Made by a program: the position numbers and the translations under genes. A stretch of 64,000 bases of DNA from Bdellovibrionales bacterium (GTDB taxonomy: Bacteria > Bdellovibrionota > Bdellovibrionia > Bdellovibrionales > UBA1609), in assembly GCA_965203095.1 (NCBI GenBank), contig OZ241877.1:704001-768000 (forward strand). The letters run 5' to 3'. Shown piece after piece: positions 20,394-30,532 of this stretch. The notes under the pieces were generated by a model. It searched no databases, had not been told where the DNA came from, and saw only the letters and a program-made list of their open reading frames with translations. How positions within the stretch are numbered: the first letter of the stretch is position 1; each line of letters opens with the position of its first letter.

Positions 20394-21656
20394 TTAATGA
20401 TGATAAACTGATTTTATTTTTTTAGCCAGTAGCTCAACAATTTTAGCATTAACAGCATTGCCAAAAGATTTAAATGCCAATGTTTCATTTTTTGGAATAT
20501 GGGATAAGGAGTGAAGATTTTGCAATTTTGCGGCTTCAAATTTTGAGATATACCTCATTTCACTACCAATAACAGGTCTTTGTGTCGTGTTGATAGCTAC
20601 AAGAGAAGGGATTTTATCAGGTTTTGACACACGAATACCGGAAGCCCGGAATTGCAGAATGTGATCTGATAAAACATATTTGTTTTTTGCCCCTCTCCAC
20701 TCCAACATTTGCCAGCTATTATATTTTCTGTTTATAGTTTTTACCCAGTTATTTAAAAAAGGCTTGTTTTTCTTATATAAATTTCTTGTATGAAGGATAG
20801 AGTGTTTAAGCCAGTCCGGTGTTTTCCTTTCTTTTTTTACATAAAAAGGCAATTTAGATAAAAGATTTTTCCAATTTGAAGAATTGTTTAGTTTTTGCCC
20901 GTAAGCCCCTTTGTATTTATACATTTCTTTTAATTTAAAAGACTGAAAATCTAAAGGATATGTTGCCCTTAATTCAGGGGCTACTATTGACAAAGATGAT
21001 AAAGTCTTAATTTTACAGCCATTCAATAATTTTTGCCAATGTTTGATTTGAAGGGTTTTTTCTGTTTCTATTTTTTTATGACTATAGGATGAAATAAGGA
21101 TTTTATTCAATGGCTGGATAGATTTTTTTTTGTTTGGCCATTGAAATTTTTGCAGATGCTCATTATTTTTAAATCCTAAAATGAAAATTCTTTTTCTATT
21201 TTGTGGGATACCAATATCTAATGGAGAAATGATCTTATATATAATTTTGTAGCCTATCTTATTGAATGATCTTTTAATGAATTTCCAGAATTTTCCATTT
21301 TCAATATTCAGTATATTTGGCACATTCTCTAAGATTAAGAAATCAGGGAAATGATATTCAGCAATCCTGAGAATATCTTTTATTAACTTTCCTGAATTTG
21401 GACACTTATAACCTGTTTTTTTTCCAGCTAAGGAAAAAGGCTGACAAGGAAACCCAGCACATAAAATTTCATGTTGAGGAATATCTGATTCATGGATTGT
21501 TCTTATATCCCCTTCTGGTTTTATGCCAAAATTTTTATAATAAAGTTTTTGCAATTCAGTATTGATTTCTGAAGCAAATACGCAATCAAAGCTACCTGCA
21601 TTCATCAGACCTTTATGAAAACCGCCAATGCCTGAAAAAAGATCAATAAATCGCAT
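20394..21656 (-). CDS. DNA (cytosine-5) methyltransferase
   Basis: Motif I DLFSGIGG, IV GFPCQPFS, VI ENV, VIII PQNRKRIF, X FGNAV. Confidence 0.95.
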   Translation of the reverse strand: MRFIDLFSGIGGFHKGLMNAGSFDCVFASEINTELQKLYYKNFGIKPEGDIRTIHESDIPQHEILCAGFPCQPFSLAGKKTGYKCPNSGKLIKDILRIAEYHFPDFLILENVPNILNIENGKFWKFIKRSFNKIGYKIIYKIISPLDIGIPQNRKRIFILGFKNNEHLQKFQWPNKKKSIQPLNKILISSYSHKKIETEKTLQIKHWQKLLNGCKIKTLSSLSIVAPELRATYPLDFQSFKLKEMYKYKGAYGQKLNNSSNWKNLLSKLPFYVKKERKTPDWLKHSILHTRNLYKKNKPFLNNWVKTINRKYNSWQMLEWRGAKNKYVLSDHILQFRASGIRVSKPDKIPSLVAINTTQRPVIGSEMRYISKFEAAKLQNLHSLSHIPKNETLAFKSFGNAVNAKIVELLAKKIKSVYHH

Positions 21657-21746
21657 ATATGACTTATCGGCTTTTACTTTTCAGATCTAAAATTTTTAAT
21701 TGATATTCTCATTTTTGTAAAATTCTGACAAAAAGAGATTTTTTAT

Positions 21747-22385
21747 ATGATTCTTAAATGGAAAAAATCCCTACAAGAAGAGGATTTTGGTTCTTTTTTT
21801 AAAAAAATTCCTATGGAATCCCGAAAAAATATGTTAAACTACGAACCGAAGATAATAAACACGCAAGACCGGAAAATTCGAAAGGCTTTGAAGGCAGGGG
21901 AGTTTAAGGGTTATAGTGTGATAAAGTTATTGTCTGAGGTATGGAGTTTAAAGAAGAAAATAACTCCATTAAAGGTAAGGGATGTTTATGCTGAGTTTGA
22001 GGAGATATTGAGTGGTTTAAAAGGGAAGGAGAGGAAGACTGTAGAGTTAAGAATATTGGAGTATTTGAGGGATAATACGGGTTTGGATTTAAAAGTTTGG
22101 GAAAGGGCGGAAAAACTGCTTATATCCGAAGGGATATTAAAACAAGGAGGGCTTATGCAAGATGTTTGGGAAATTATCAGAGAGAAAGGTCGCTGGGAAG
22201 GCGAAAGAAAAGGCTTAAAAAAAGGCCGACAGGAAGGTCGGCAAGAAGGTCGGCAAGAAGGTCGGCAAGAAGAGCGACAACAAGTTGTCCGAAATATGCT
22301 GAAAGAGAAGGCAGATATTTCCTTTATCGCCAATGTGACGGGGCTTTCTAAAAAAGCAATAAAAAAGCTGAAAAACAGTTCTTAA
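21747..22385 (+). pseudogene. rpn: 5'-truncated Rpn copy retaining the C-terminal part
   Basis: Near-identical to the 3' two-thirds of 15349-16365; lacks the HD/D-ExK nuclease motifs. Confidence 0.85.
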
Positions 22386-22621
22386 AGTGGCTGAATCTCC
22401 TCTAATTCCACCTGCACTTCAGCCTAATCCCATTTTTTTACTTTTAAATGCAAAAATAACCCTGCTTGAGAAAAAGATAAACAAACTTTCAGCGGGGCAG
22501 GCCAAGACTTTAGCTAAGGGCTATTGTAAAAAGATTCTGTCAGCGAAATACTGTGCATTGACTGCCCTTTGTTCGGGTTTGCCGTCAAGAGAAGCTAAAA
22601 AAAGAGAGAATTTTAAGAGAC

Positions 22622-22873
22622 TTATTTTTTAAAGTGCTGATCAATTTTAGACTCAAGATTGTCAATTCTTTTATCAAACTTGCTATCCAGTTGCTCAATC
22701 TTTTTGTTTGTGTCTGTTATATGATTATTTAAAGTCTGTTTTATGTGTTCATTGTCTTTACTCAAAAGCTCAATCTTATGCCCAAGCTTTATATAAAAGA
22801 AAAACAAAACACCAAATAAGATAATACTTTCAAAACTAAAACCTAAAGAACCTAAAACTGATAAAATTGCCAT
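22622..22873 (-). CDS. Small TM + coiled-coil hypothetical protein
   Basis: Hydrophobic N-terminus then heptad-like LDSKFDKRIDNLESKID. Confidence 0.6.
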   Translation of the reverse strand: MAILSVLGSLGFSFESIILFGVLFFFYIKLGHKIELLSKDNEHIKQTLNNHITDTNKKIEQLDSKFDKRIDNLESKIDQHFKK

Positions 22874-23121
22874 AAAAAAACTATAACACAGCCCTAAAAA
22901 TCAGTCAAAAAAAAGTAATTTTAAGCACTTTTTTTCCTGACTTCCGCATAACGCAATGCGACAAATGAGTGTTTATAGGCATTTACAGGTTTTTGGTGCC
23001 ACACAATTTAAGATTTAATGTAAGATGTGGGGATAAATTGAGACACTCTATTTAAGGCCAAAAGCCTCATATATAGCTCTTATCTCTTCTGTGGATAGAA
23101 GGCCGGCCATACGATAAAGAT

Positions 23122-23664
23122 ATGTTAAACTATGGTTTGAGGATAATAAACACGCAAGACCGGAAAGTTCAAAAAGCCCTTAAGGCTGGGGAATTTAAGG
23201 GTTATAGTGTAATAAAATTATTGTCTGAGGTATGGGGTTTAAAGAAGAAAATAACTCCATTAAAGGTAAGGGATGTTTATGCTGAGTTTGAGGAGATATT
23301 GAGTGGTTTAAAGGGGAAGGAGAGGAAGACTGTAGAGTTAAGGATATTGGAGTATTTGAGGGATAATACGGGTTTGGATTTGAAGGTTTGGGAAAAGGCG
23401 GAGAGATTGCTTGTATCAGAAGGGATATTAAAACAAGGAGGGCTTATGCAAGATGTTTGGGAAATTATCAGAGAAAAAGGTCGCTGGGAAGGCCGACAAG
23501 AAGGACGACAAGAAGGACGACAAGAAGGCCGACAGGAAGGACGACAGGAAGGCCAACAAGAGATTGTCCAAAATATGCTGAAAGAGAAGGCAGATATTTC
23601 CTTTATCGCTAATGTCACAGGTTGGCCTGAAAAAGCAATAAAAAAGCTGAAAAACAGTTCTTAA
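23122..23664 (+). pseudogene. rpn: Second 5'-truncated Rpn copy
   Basis: Near-identical to the 3' half of 15349-16365. Confidence 0.85.
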
Positions 23665-23683
23665 AAACTATAAATATTAGTTT

Positions 23684-24988
23684 TTATTTTTGATCTTTTT
23701 TCCAACAGTTAAGGGCTTGGATCGCATAACTGAGAGAGGTTCTTTTTGTTTTTTTCAAAGTATGGATCAATTGTTTTTCCAAAAAAGATCGCTCAGCTTT
23801 TGTGCTGGCACCAGCCTTTAAAGCCAGGTTTTTAATATGAAGTTTCATGTGCCCCTCAATCACCCCTTCTGTCACGAGGGCTTTTAAAGCACCCAAGTTT
23901 TGAATTAAGCCTACAGCACAAGCAAGACCTGCCAACTCCGCAATAGAGGGATGGCCCAAAATTTTTAAACAGAGCCGGGCCGTGGGATGAATGTCTGTGA
24001 CCCCTCCCACAGTGCCCAACATAAAAGGCCCTTTCATTTCCCCATGCAGGTCTTTTCCCTTAACCCGCCACTTTGTGAGAGAGGAGTAGCCCGCCCCCCG
24101 GCCCGCATAAGCATGCAAACCCGCCTCCACAGCTCGCCAATCATTTCCTGTGGCAATCAATAGCCCATCTATACCATTTAAAACCCCCTTGTTATTGGTG
24201 CAAGCTCGGTAAGGATCCAGCTCAGCAAACAAAGAGGCTGTTTCAATTTTTTTAATCAGAGCGGGATCTTGATCTCGAACAATCACTTTAGCCTGAGCCA
24301 TCCTTTTGTCCGCTAAATTCGAAAGGATAGCCATCCCGACCTGCTCTCCGCTGGCTTTTTCCAACAAAGGTTTAAAATATTCGCAAACTTGATTGATAAT
24401 ATTAGCCCCCATAGCCAAACAAGTTTCCACATACACATGCCAAACAGCCATAAGCCCCCCATCAGGCCGGGCAATGGCCCTCAACTCCCAATCTTTTAAG
24501 CCTCCCCCTCGCCGGAACATGGAAGAGAGCACTGTTTGATGAGCTTGGTTTTTCCATTCAGGAAAATTTTTCTCAATACAGGTTTTAAGTCCGGGATAAT
24601 TTTTTACATAAGGAATTTGTATTTGACCTGTTGAAACTGTGCCTAAAATTTTTGTCTGAATTTCCCCATTATGACAAACCCACTTAGCAGTTTTGCTGGC
24701 CGCGGCGATAATAGAGCTTTCCTCCACAGCCAAAGGGATAGCGTAAGACTTCCCGTTAATTACAAAATGGACCGCCACACCTAAGGGCAGGTGAAACCAA
24801 CCCAAAGTGTTTTCTATCAGGCTTTCTGCAAGATCTATATTCAAGCTGGAATTTTTGAGGGAAGAATGGGACTCTAAATACACTCTATCCTCTTTAGACA
24901 AAAAACCCAGTTCCTCTAAAAGATCCAATCGCTCTTTGTAATTGAGCTTGGAGAACCCCTCAAATTTTTTTAAGAGAGCAGTTTCCAT
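23684..24988 (-). CDS. mvaA: HMG-CoA reductase, class II
   Basis: IENTLG, EESSIIAAAS, AMGANIIN, TNNKG, ATGNDWRAVEAG, GHMKLH. Confidence 0.93.
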   Translation of the reverse strand: METALLKKFEGFSKLNYKERLDLLEELGFLSKEDRVYLESHSSLKNSSLNIDLAESLIENTLGWFHLPLGVAVHFVINGKSYAIPLAVEESSIIAAASKTAKWVCHNGEIQTKILGTVSTGQIQIPYVKNYPGLKTCIEKNFPEWKNQAHQTVLSSMFRRGGGLKDWELRAIARPDGGLMAVWHVYVETCLAMGANIINQVCEYFKPLLEKASGEQVGMAILSNLADKRMAQAKVIVRDQDPALIKKIETASLFAELDPYRACTNNKGVLNGIDGLLIATGNDWRAVEAGLHAYAGRGAGYSSLTKWRVKGKDLHGEMKGPFMLGTVGGVTDIHPTARLCLKILGHPSIAELAGLACAVGLIQNLGALKALVTEGVIEGHMKLHIKNLALKAGASTKAERSFLEKQLIHTLKKTKRTSLSYAIQALNCWKKDQK

Positions 24989-26001
24989 CTTTTAACCTTT
25001 TTTAACTCCTTAATGGATCGAGCACCAGTGCAAAATAAGCTGACTTTTAATTCATATTCTAAACGGGACATAAATTGATCTAAAACTTTTTCACCAGCGA
25101 AAAGAGCTTTTAAAATAGGTTGGCCAAAACCCACAAGGCTGGCTCCCATAGCTAACGCTTTAGCCGCGTCCAGGCCGGTCCTTACACCACCGGAAGCCCA
25201 AAGCTTGTAATCTTTACGAACTCCTCTACTATTTAAAAGAGATTCCACAGTGGAAACTCCCCAAGAGGAAAAAGTCTCTCCAATACCAAACAAAGTGGAA
25301 TTTTTATTATAGCGAGCCCCTTCTATACGGCCCCAGTGAGTGCCTCCTAAACCGCTCAAATCCACAGCAGAGAGGCCAATATGGTTTAACTGCTCCAATG
25401 TGTTTTTTGAAAAGCCACAACCAGTCTCCTTAACAATTAAAGGGATAGTAAGTTCTCGCGAAAGTTTTTTAATGGCGGAAAGCCCCCCTCGGAACTGAGC
25501 CGTCCCTTCCTTTTGCAAAGCCTCTTGCAAGGGGTTCAAGTGAATGATCATCCCCTCAGCGGAAAGGCTATCCACTAAAGAGAGAATTTGCTTTAAAGAG
25601 ACCTGCAAAACCTGCGAAAGGCCCAAATTGCCTAAAAGAATAAGCTTAGGGCAAGCCCTCCTTATACTCTCCCATTCATCACCTTTTGAAGGATCTTTTA
25701 GTTGCCCTCTTTGAGAACCTGCACACATAATCCATGAGTGCCTTTCGCAAGCTTTTGCCAACTGGAGGTTTAATTTTTTTGAGCCGGGCCAGCCCCCTGT
25801 CATAGAGCTGACAAAAAAAGGTGTTCTTAACTCCCTCTTCTCCCATTTTTGCCCGATAGAGACCTCCTCTATATTTAAATCAGGAAGAGAATTATGGATG
25901 AGGGAAATACGGTGCCAACCCGTAGGGACGGAGGCTTGAGAGAGGGGTTTAAGTGCCAAGGACAGCTGGCTTTGCTTTCTCTTCTCAAAAGAATTGGCCA
26001 T
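24970..26001 (-). CDS. fni: Type 2 isopentenyl-diphosphate delta-isomerase (FMN-dependent)
   Basis: SSMTGG, GSQR, HLNPLQE, VKETGCG, GGTHW, ASGGVRTGLD. Confidence 0.95.
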   Translation of the reverse strand: MANSFEKRKQSQLSLALKPLSQASVPTGWHRISLIHNSLPDLNIEEVSIGQKWEKRELRTPFFVSSMTGGWPGSKKLNLQLAKACERHSWIMCAGSQRGQLKDPSKGDEWESIRRACPKLILLGNLGLSQVLQVSLKQILSLVDSLSAEGMIIHLNPLQEALQKEGTAQFRGGLSAIKKLSRELTIPLIVKETGCGFSKNTLEQLNHIGLSAVDLSGLGGTHWGRIEGARYNKNSTLFGIGETFSSWGVSTVESLLNSRGVRKDYKLWASGGVRTGLDAAKALAMGASLVGFGQPILKALFAGEKVLDQFMSRLEYELKVSLFCTGARSIKELKKVKRWKLLS

Positions 26002-26002
26002 T

Positions 26003-26347
26003 TCAGCGGAGGGCTTGCCGGACGATTTGAGAAAAAGCCTGGGGGTTTTGCACTGCTAAATCCGCCAGCATTTTCCGGTCTATTCCTATCTTTTTTTTGT
26101 TAAGAGCCTGAATAAGCTTTGAGTAAGTGGAACCGTTTTCACGAGCCTCTGCATTGATTCTCATAATCCACAACCGGCGGAACTGCCTTTTTCGTGTTTT
26201 CCTGTCTCGATATTGAAAGGCTAAGGCCCGGTCGGACTTCTCTATAGCTACAGAAAAACAACGGCTATTAGCCGAATAAAAGCCCTTAGCTCGCTTTAAA
26301 ATCTTTTTCCTAAATTTTCTGGCTTTAAAGCCTCTTTTGACACGCAT
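26003..26347 (-). CDS. rplT: 50S ribosomal protein L20
   Basis: MRVKRG..AKGFY..YRDRK..FRRLWIMRINA..DRKMLADLA. Confidence 0.98.
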   Translation of the reverse strand: MRVKRGFKARKFRKKILKRAKGFYSANSRCFSVAIEKSDRALAFQYRDRKTRKRQFRRLWIMRINAEARENGSTYSKLIQALNKKKIGIDRKMLADLAVQNPQAFSQIVRQALR

Positions 26348-26376
26348 TTTTAACCTCTTTATTTAACTGCTAAGCC

Positions 26377-26577
26377 TTAGCGATTCCCCAACTGCCTTTT
26401 TACCCCCGCCCGATCGGAAGGATGAACTTTTGTCATCTGGCCCAACTGCCTTTTCCGTTTAGAGGATTTGTTGGAGAGAATATGCCTCATGCCTCGTTTT
26501 TTCCTCTTAATCAAGCCACTGGGCTTTAAACGGAACCGCTTGACAGCCCCTTTATGAGTTTTTGCTTTATTGGCCAT
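26377..26577 (-). CDS. rpmI: 50S ribosomal protein L35
   Basis: KTHKGAVKRF..RHIL..KRKRQL; directly upstream of rplT. Confidence 0.97.
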   Translation of the reverse strand: MANKAKTHKGAVKRFRLKPSGLIKRKKRGMRHILSNKSSKRKRQLGQMTKVHPSDRAGVKRQLGNR

Positions 26578-26659
26578 TTCCTACTGCCCTTAACAGCTCA
26601 GCCATAAAATCAGGTTTGTTTTTAAAAAGCAAGATATTTTTTATTATTTTATTAAGGAA

Positions 26660-27484
26660 CTATCTCTTTTTTAATTTATTCAAGAAAAAACTCCCCCGGA
26701 CAAGTAAAAGGTAAAAAACGGCAAATATTTTTATCAAGGCTTTTCCCTGGCATTTTATGAAAAGCCGGGGAGCAAAACGAGGTTTTCCCTCAAAAGCCAA
26801 ACTCGCACCATGGAGCCATGCCCGGCTAATAAACTTAAAAAAACTGTGGCGGGCAAGATGATAGGCGGAAAGGCTATCATCTTGAAGGCTTTTATGGCCT
26901 TCTGCCATAAGAGATTTTAAAAAATGAATCTCCTCTCCTCCAAAGCCCAAAGGATGAGGGCTTTTAAATAAAGCCTTAAAAGCTTTGTCAGTTTTAACAG
27001 ACAAATTGCCTGCCGGCATAAACTCTGGCCAAGCCTTCATCCATACCCGGACCACATAATTGTAAGAGCAAGCCCAAAAAGAGCTTTCCGAATGATCTAA
27101 GTAGCCAGCCCCTATAGCTATCGCTTGAGGCCGTTTTTTGTGCGACTTTAAAACTCGGCTCAAAGCCTCCTCATCCTTCAAAATCACATCTTCGTCAATA
27201 AAGTAAATAACTGGGGAGTGAGCCCTTTTTAGGCCCAAATTTCTCATTTCATAGATAGGGCTTTTTGAAGGTAAAAAAAGAATTTCAGCATTAGGAAACC
27301 TATTTTTAATCAAAGAAATGGAAGGAGAATGTTTTAACTCCTCTTGAAAAATAAAAAGAGCTTGCCATATCGACGGGTTCAAGCTCTGCCGGGCTAAAGC
27401 TTGTAGGTTTTTTTTAAAAATTTCCGACTGATTAGAGCAAGAAACCACAACAGAAAGCAAAATATTCTTTGGGCTATTTGACAT
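26660..27484 (-). CDS. Glycosyltransferase family 2
   Basis: LSVVV, RNLGL, FIDEDV (DxD), GNLSV, FGGEE motifs. Confidence 0.8.
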   Translation of the reverse strand: MSNSPKNILLSVVVSCSNQSEIFKKNLQALARQSLNPSIWQALFIFQEELKHSPSISLIKNRFPNAEILFLPSKSPIYEMRNLGLKRAHSPVIYFIDEDVILKDEEALSRVLKSHKKRPQAIAIGAGYLDHSESSFWACSYNYVVRVWMKAWPEFMPAGNLSVKTDKAFKALFKSPHPLGFGGEEIHFLKSLMAEGHKSLQDDSLSAYHLARHSFFKFISRAWLHGASLAFEGKPRFAPRLFIKCQGKALIKIFAVFYLLLVRGSFFLNKLKKR

Positions 27485-27675
27485 TATGATTTTTCTTCCT
27501 TCTATTATACTTGCTTATAAGATTATAGCATAAACCATTCCCAACGGGAAAGACGGACTTTAACTGGGTTTGAATAAAAAAATCATATTGATATGTTGAT
27601 AATTCATGGTATTATTTTACTGTTATTTTTTTTAATATAACAAATAAATAATGTGTTTTGTAAAAATTTTTCAAA

Positions 27676-29478
27676 ATGATATCTGCTGGTCTTTCCCGAT
27701 TTAAAAATTTTTTAGAAGGCAGAGGCTTTTTTCTGTTTGCTGGCTTTTTTGCCTTATCCTTTTTTGGCCTCTCTTATTTTAGCCTTTGGACAGAGACAGA
27801 AATATATCCTGCCCACAGCTCACAATATTTATGGACCAAAAACAGCTCTGAGTTTTTGTTTGCCTTAAAACCTCTTTTTTACTTTGTCTTGCACTTATCG
27901 TCTGTGATTTCTGATCTTATCTCCCAGCCTCCGATGGTGTCTGCCCGTGGGCTTTTTGCCATAAACGGCATAGCTATTTTAAGCCTTATGTTTTTTTATA
28001 TCAAAAAAAAGACCAATTCCTATAATGCCATTCTTGCCGTTTTGTTTTTAGTGAGCACCAATATTTTTTTAGATAGGGGCTTTCGTGTCCGATCCGATCT
28101 GTTGGTTTCCTCCTTCAGCCTTTTGAGCTTGTATCTTGCAATGCATGCCAAAAAAGAGAGCAAAATCTATAAGGCCGTCTTTATTTTGTTGTCTACACTC
28201 CTCATTAGCCCAAAGGCCATTTATTGGCTCTTGTTTGGATTCTGTTTTATGTTGAATGATTTAAAGGGCAGAGTTTTTGAGCGATACTTTTTTGCTAAAG
28301 TAGGGGTAGGTTTTTTTCTGCTTTTTTCAGTAGTGAGTTTTATTTTTGAAGATCCCTTCTTTATTGAATCTGTAAAACAAAGCGGGTGGTTTTATTTCTC
28401 AAGCCTTCAAAAAACATGGGGCATGATTATAGAGCAAGGTTGGATCCCACAGTTATACCAACTATCTCATTTGGTTCTTTTTGTGGAGAGGAATTTATTG
28501 GCAGTGCTGTTAATAATAGCAAAATTAGTTTTTACTGTTCATTCTGTCCAGATTGTAAAACAGAGAAATTTAGATATGTCAGACTTAGGCTTTGCCATTT
28601 TGTTAGCAATAATATTAATCCATCCTCAACAAAAGCTGTTTTTTTTGTGTAGTCTTATGCCTTTTTTATGTATTGCTTTTTTCACAGACTGGACATGGAG
28701 GAAGTGGTTTTTAAAAAAATTTAGCCCGCAATTTAAATTCCTTTTGTTGGTAGGGGCTTATTTATATAGCTTTTCTTATATTGCTCATTTTAGTAAAAAA
28801 ATCTATTATGAAAAAAACAACCTCCGGCAAAAAGAGCTTGTAGGAAAGCTCAATCATTTTTATAAAAATACAGATCCCGCAGTAGATATTTTTGACCCCA
28901 ACTGCCTTGTATACAAGAGAAAAACCAACTGCAAATACATTTTTGACGATCCTGTGGCCATTAAAAAATCAGAATCTCAAATCCAGGCCCGTATTTTTGA
29001 TTTGATTTTGCCCAATGGAGCTTTAAATCTTTTTAAGATAATCCATCAATCTCCAAAATCCGCTTTTCAATATGTCAATATTAAAAATTATATTTATTAT
29101 AAAGGCTTTATTCTCCATCTCACAGATTCAAAATCTATCAAAAAGTATATAGGGAAAAACAGATCTCGACAAAAAACTTTGAGTGGCAAAAAATTAGTTA
29201 TGGCTCTCCCTCTTTATTTGAAGACAAAGGCTGATAAAAACACCAAAAAATACTCTTATCTTTTTTTAGAATCCTTAAAACCTAAAAGAAGAACCAGCTC
29301 CTGCCCTCATTTTAAAAAAGAGCTTTATCCCGGTTGTTTATACAGTAAAAGTGAATTTGAAAGTGGCTTAATCCCTTACAGTGGGGAGAAAATTTTGGCT
29401 TTGTTTTATCTCCCTCTCCCCCCTGATCTTCCCAAAGAGCTTTCACTTCAAAGTGCTTTCCAATACGACAAGTTTTAA
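27676..29478 (+). CDS. Polytopic membrane protein, possible GT-C glycosyltransferase
   Basis: Many TM helices, KPLFY and RVRSDL motifs; divergent from the GT2 gene. Confidence 0.55.
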   Translation: MISAGLSRFKNFLEGRGFFLFAGFFALSFFGLSYFSLWTETEIYPAHSSQYLWTKNSSEFLFALKPLFYFVLHLSSVISDLISQPPMVSARGLFAINGIAILSLMFFYIKKKTNSYNAILAVLFLVSTNIFLDRGFRVRSDLLVSSFSLLSLYLAMHAKKESKIYKAVFILLSTLLISPKAIYWLLFGFCFMLNDLKGRVFERYFFAKVGVGFFLLFSVVSFIFEDPFFIESVKQSGWFYFSSLQKTWGMIIEQGWIPQLYQLSHLVLFVERNLLAVLLIIAKLVFTVHSVQIVKQRNLDMSDLGFAILLAIILIHPQQKLFFLCSLMPFLCIAFFTDWTWRKWFLKKFSPQFKFLLLVGAYLYSFSYIAHFSKKIYYEKNNLRQKELVGKLNHFYKNTDPAVDIFDPNCLVYKRKTNCKYIFDDPVAIKKSESQIQARIFDLILPNGALNLFKIIHQSPKSAFQYVNIKNYIYYKGFILHLTDSKSIKKYIGKNRSRQKTLSGKKLVMALPLYLKTKADKNTKKYSYLFLESLKPKRRTSSCPHFKKELYPGCLYSKSEFESGLIPYSGEKILALFYLPLPPDLPKELSLQSAFQYDKF

Positions 29479-29539
29479 ACCTGCTTGTAGGAAAGAACAA
29501 AGACTCCTGGATTCTCACTTTCATGGAAAATGACTAAAT

Positions 29540-29677
29540 TGATCGCCTGTGAAAAACCTCTTGTTTTTTATCGCATAAGCAAAAGCCAGCGGTGAGGGTC
29601 CAAGGTATTGCCGTCCCGAACAAGCTGGACTTTTGCTTATGCGATCTACTAAATGTAGGCTTTTTCACGAGTAATTG
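29540..29677. repeat. Palindromic MITE-like element, copy A
   Basis: GTGAAAAA..TTTTTCAC ends, ~21-bp internal stem, loop TGAGGGTCCAAGGTATTGCCGTCCCGAA shared with 46268-46295 (reverse complement). Confidence 0.75.
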
Positions 29678-29695
29678 TTTAAGGAAGGTAAGGCT

Positions 29696-30466
29696 TTATA
29701 GATCCACTTCCATAAGCAAAGGGCAATGGTCAGATCCTTGCACTTGATCATAAATTTTAACAGATTTTACCTTTGATATTAAATTTTCAGTCACGCAAAT
29801 ATGGTCGATCCTCCAACCGCGATTCAAAGCACGAGCCTTTTCCCTAAGAGACCACCATGTATAAGCCTCTTTTTTATCAGGATAAAAATAACGATAGACA
29901 TCCACATAGCCTTTTTTCAAAAAACTCTCAAACCATTTTCGTTCCTCTGGTAAAAAGCCACTGGTTTTTTGAAGAGCTTTTGGAGAATGCACATCTATTT
30001 CTTTATAGGCCACATTGTAATCTCCAAGCAAGATCAATTCTTTGTTTGTTTTCTGCTTTAATTCCTCTAAAAAACGAGGCAGTCTTTTTAAAAATTCCTG
30101 TTTAAAAAGATGCCTTTGAATAGTCAGAGCACCATTAGGGAAATAAATATTCAGCAAAATAAAATTCTCCCCTTCAAAAACAACAGCCCGCCCCTCCCAG
30201 TCAAATTTTTTTATACCTAATTTCCGGCTCACATGTTCTGCCGGTTTTTGACAAAAAATCGCTGTTCCCGAATACCCCTTTTTCTTCCCACAAATAGACC
30301 AATACTCATAAGGATAAATTTTTTTTTGATGGTCCAGCAGTTGATCGGGATGAGCTTTAGTCTCTTGAATACAGAGAATATCGGGCCTCTCCTTTTTCAC
30401 AAAATCCGAAAAGCCTTTGTCAAAAGCAGAACGAAGGCCATTGACATTCCAAGTCGCTATTTTCAT
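29696..30466 (-). CDS. xth: Exodeoxyribonuclease III
   Basis: TWNVNGLR, CIQETK, YFPNG, GDYNVA, GWRIDH, SDHCP. Confidence 0.96.
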   Translation of the reverse strand: MKIATWNVNGLRSAFDKGFSDFVKKERPDILCIQETKAHPDQLLDHQKKIYPYEYWSICGKKKGYSGTAIFCQKPAEHVSRKLGIKKFDWEGRAVVFEGENFILLNIYFPNGALTIQRHLFKQEFLKRLPRFLEELKQKTNKELILLGDYNVAYKEIDVHSPKALQKTSGFLPEERKWFESFLKKGYVDVYRYFYPDKKEAYTWWSLREKARALNRGWRIDHICVTENLISKVKSVKIYDQVQGSDHCPLLMEVDL

Positions 30467-30532
30467 TTCCCTTTAAAATATTGAAAAAAAGGCTTTTGAA
30501 TAACCGAACCTTTTATAAAACAGAAAAGCAAA

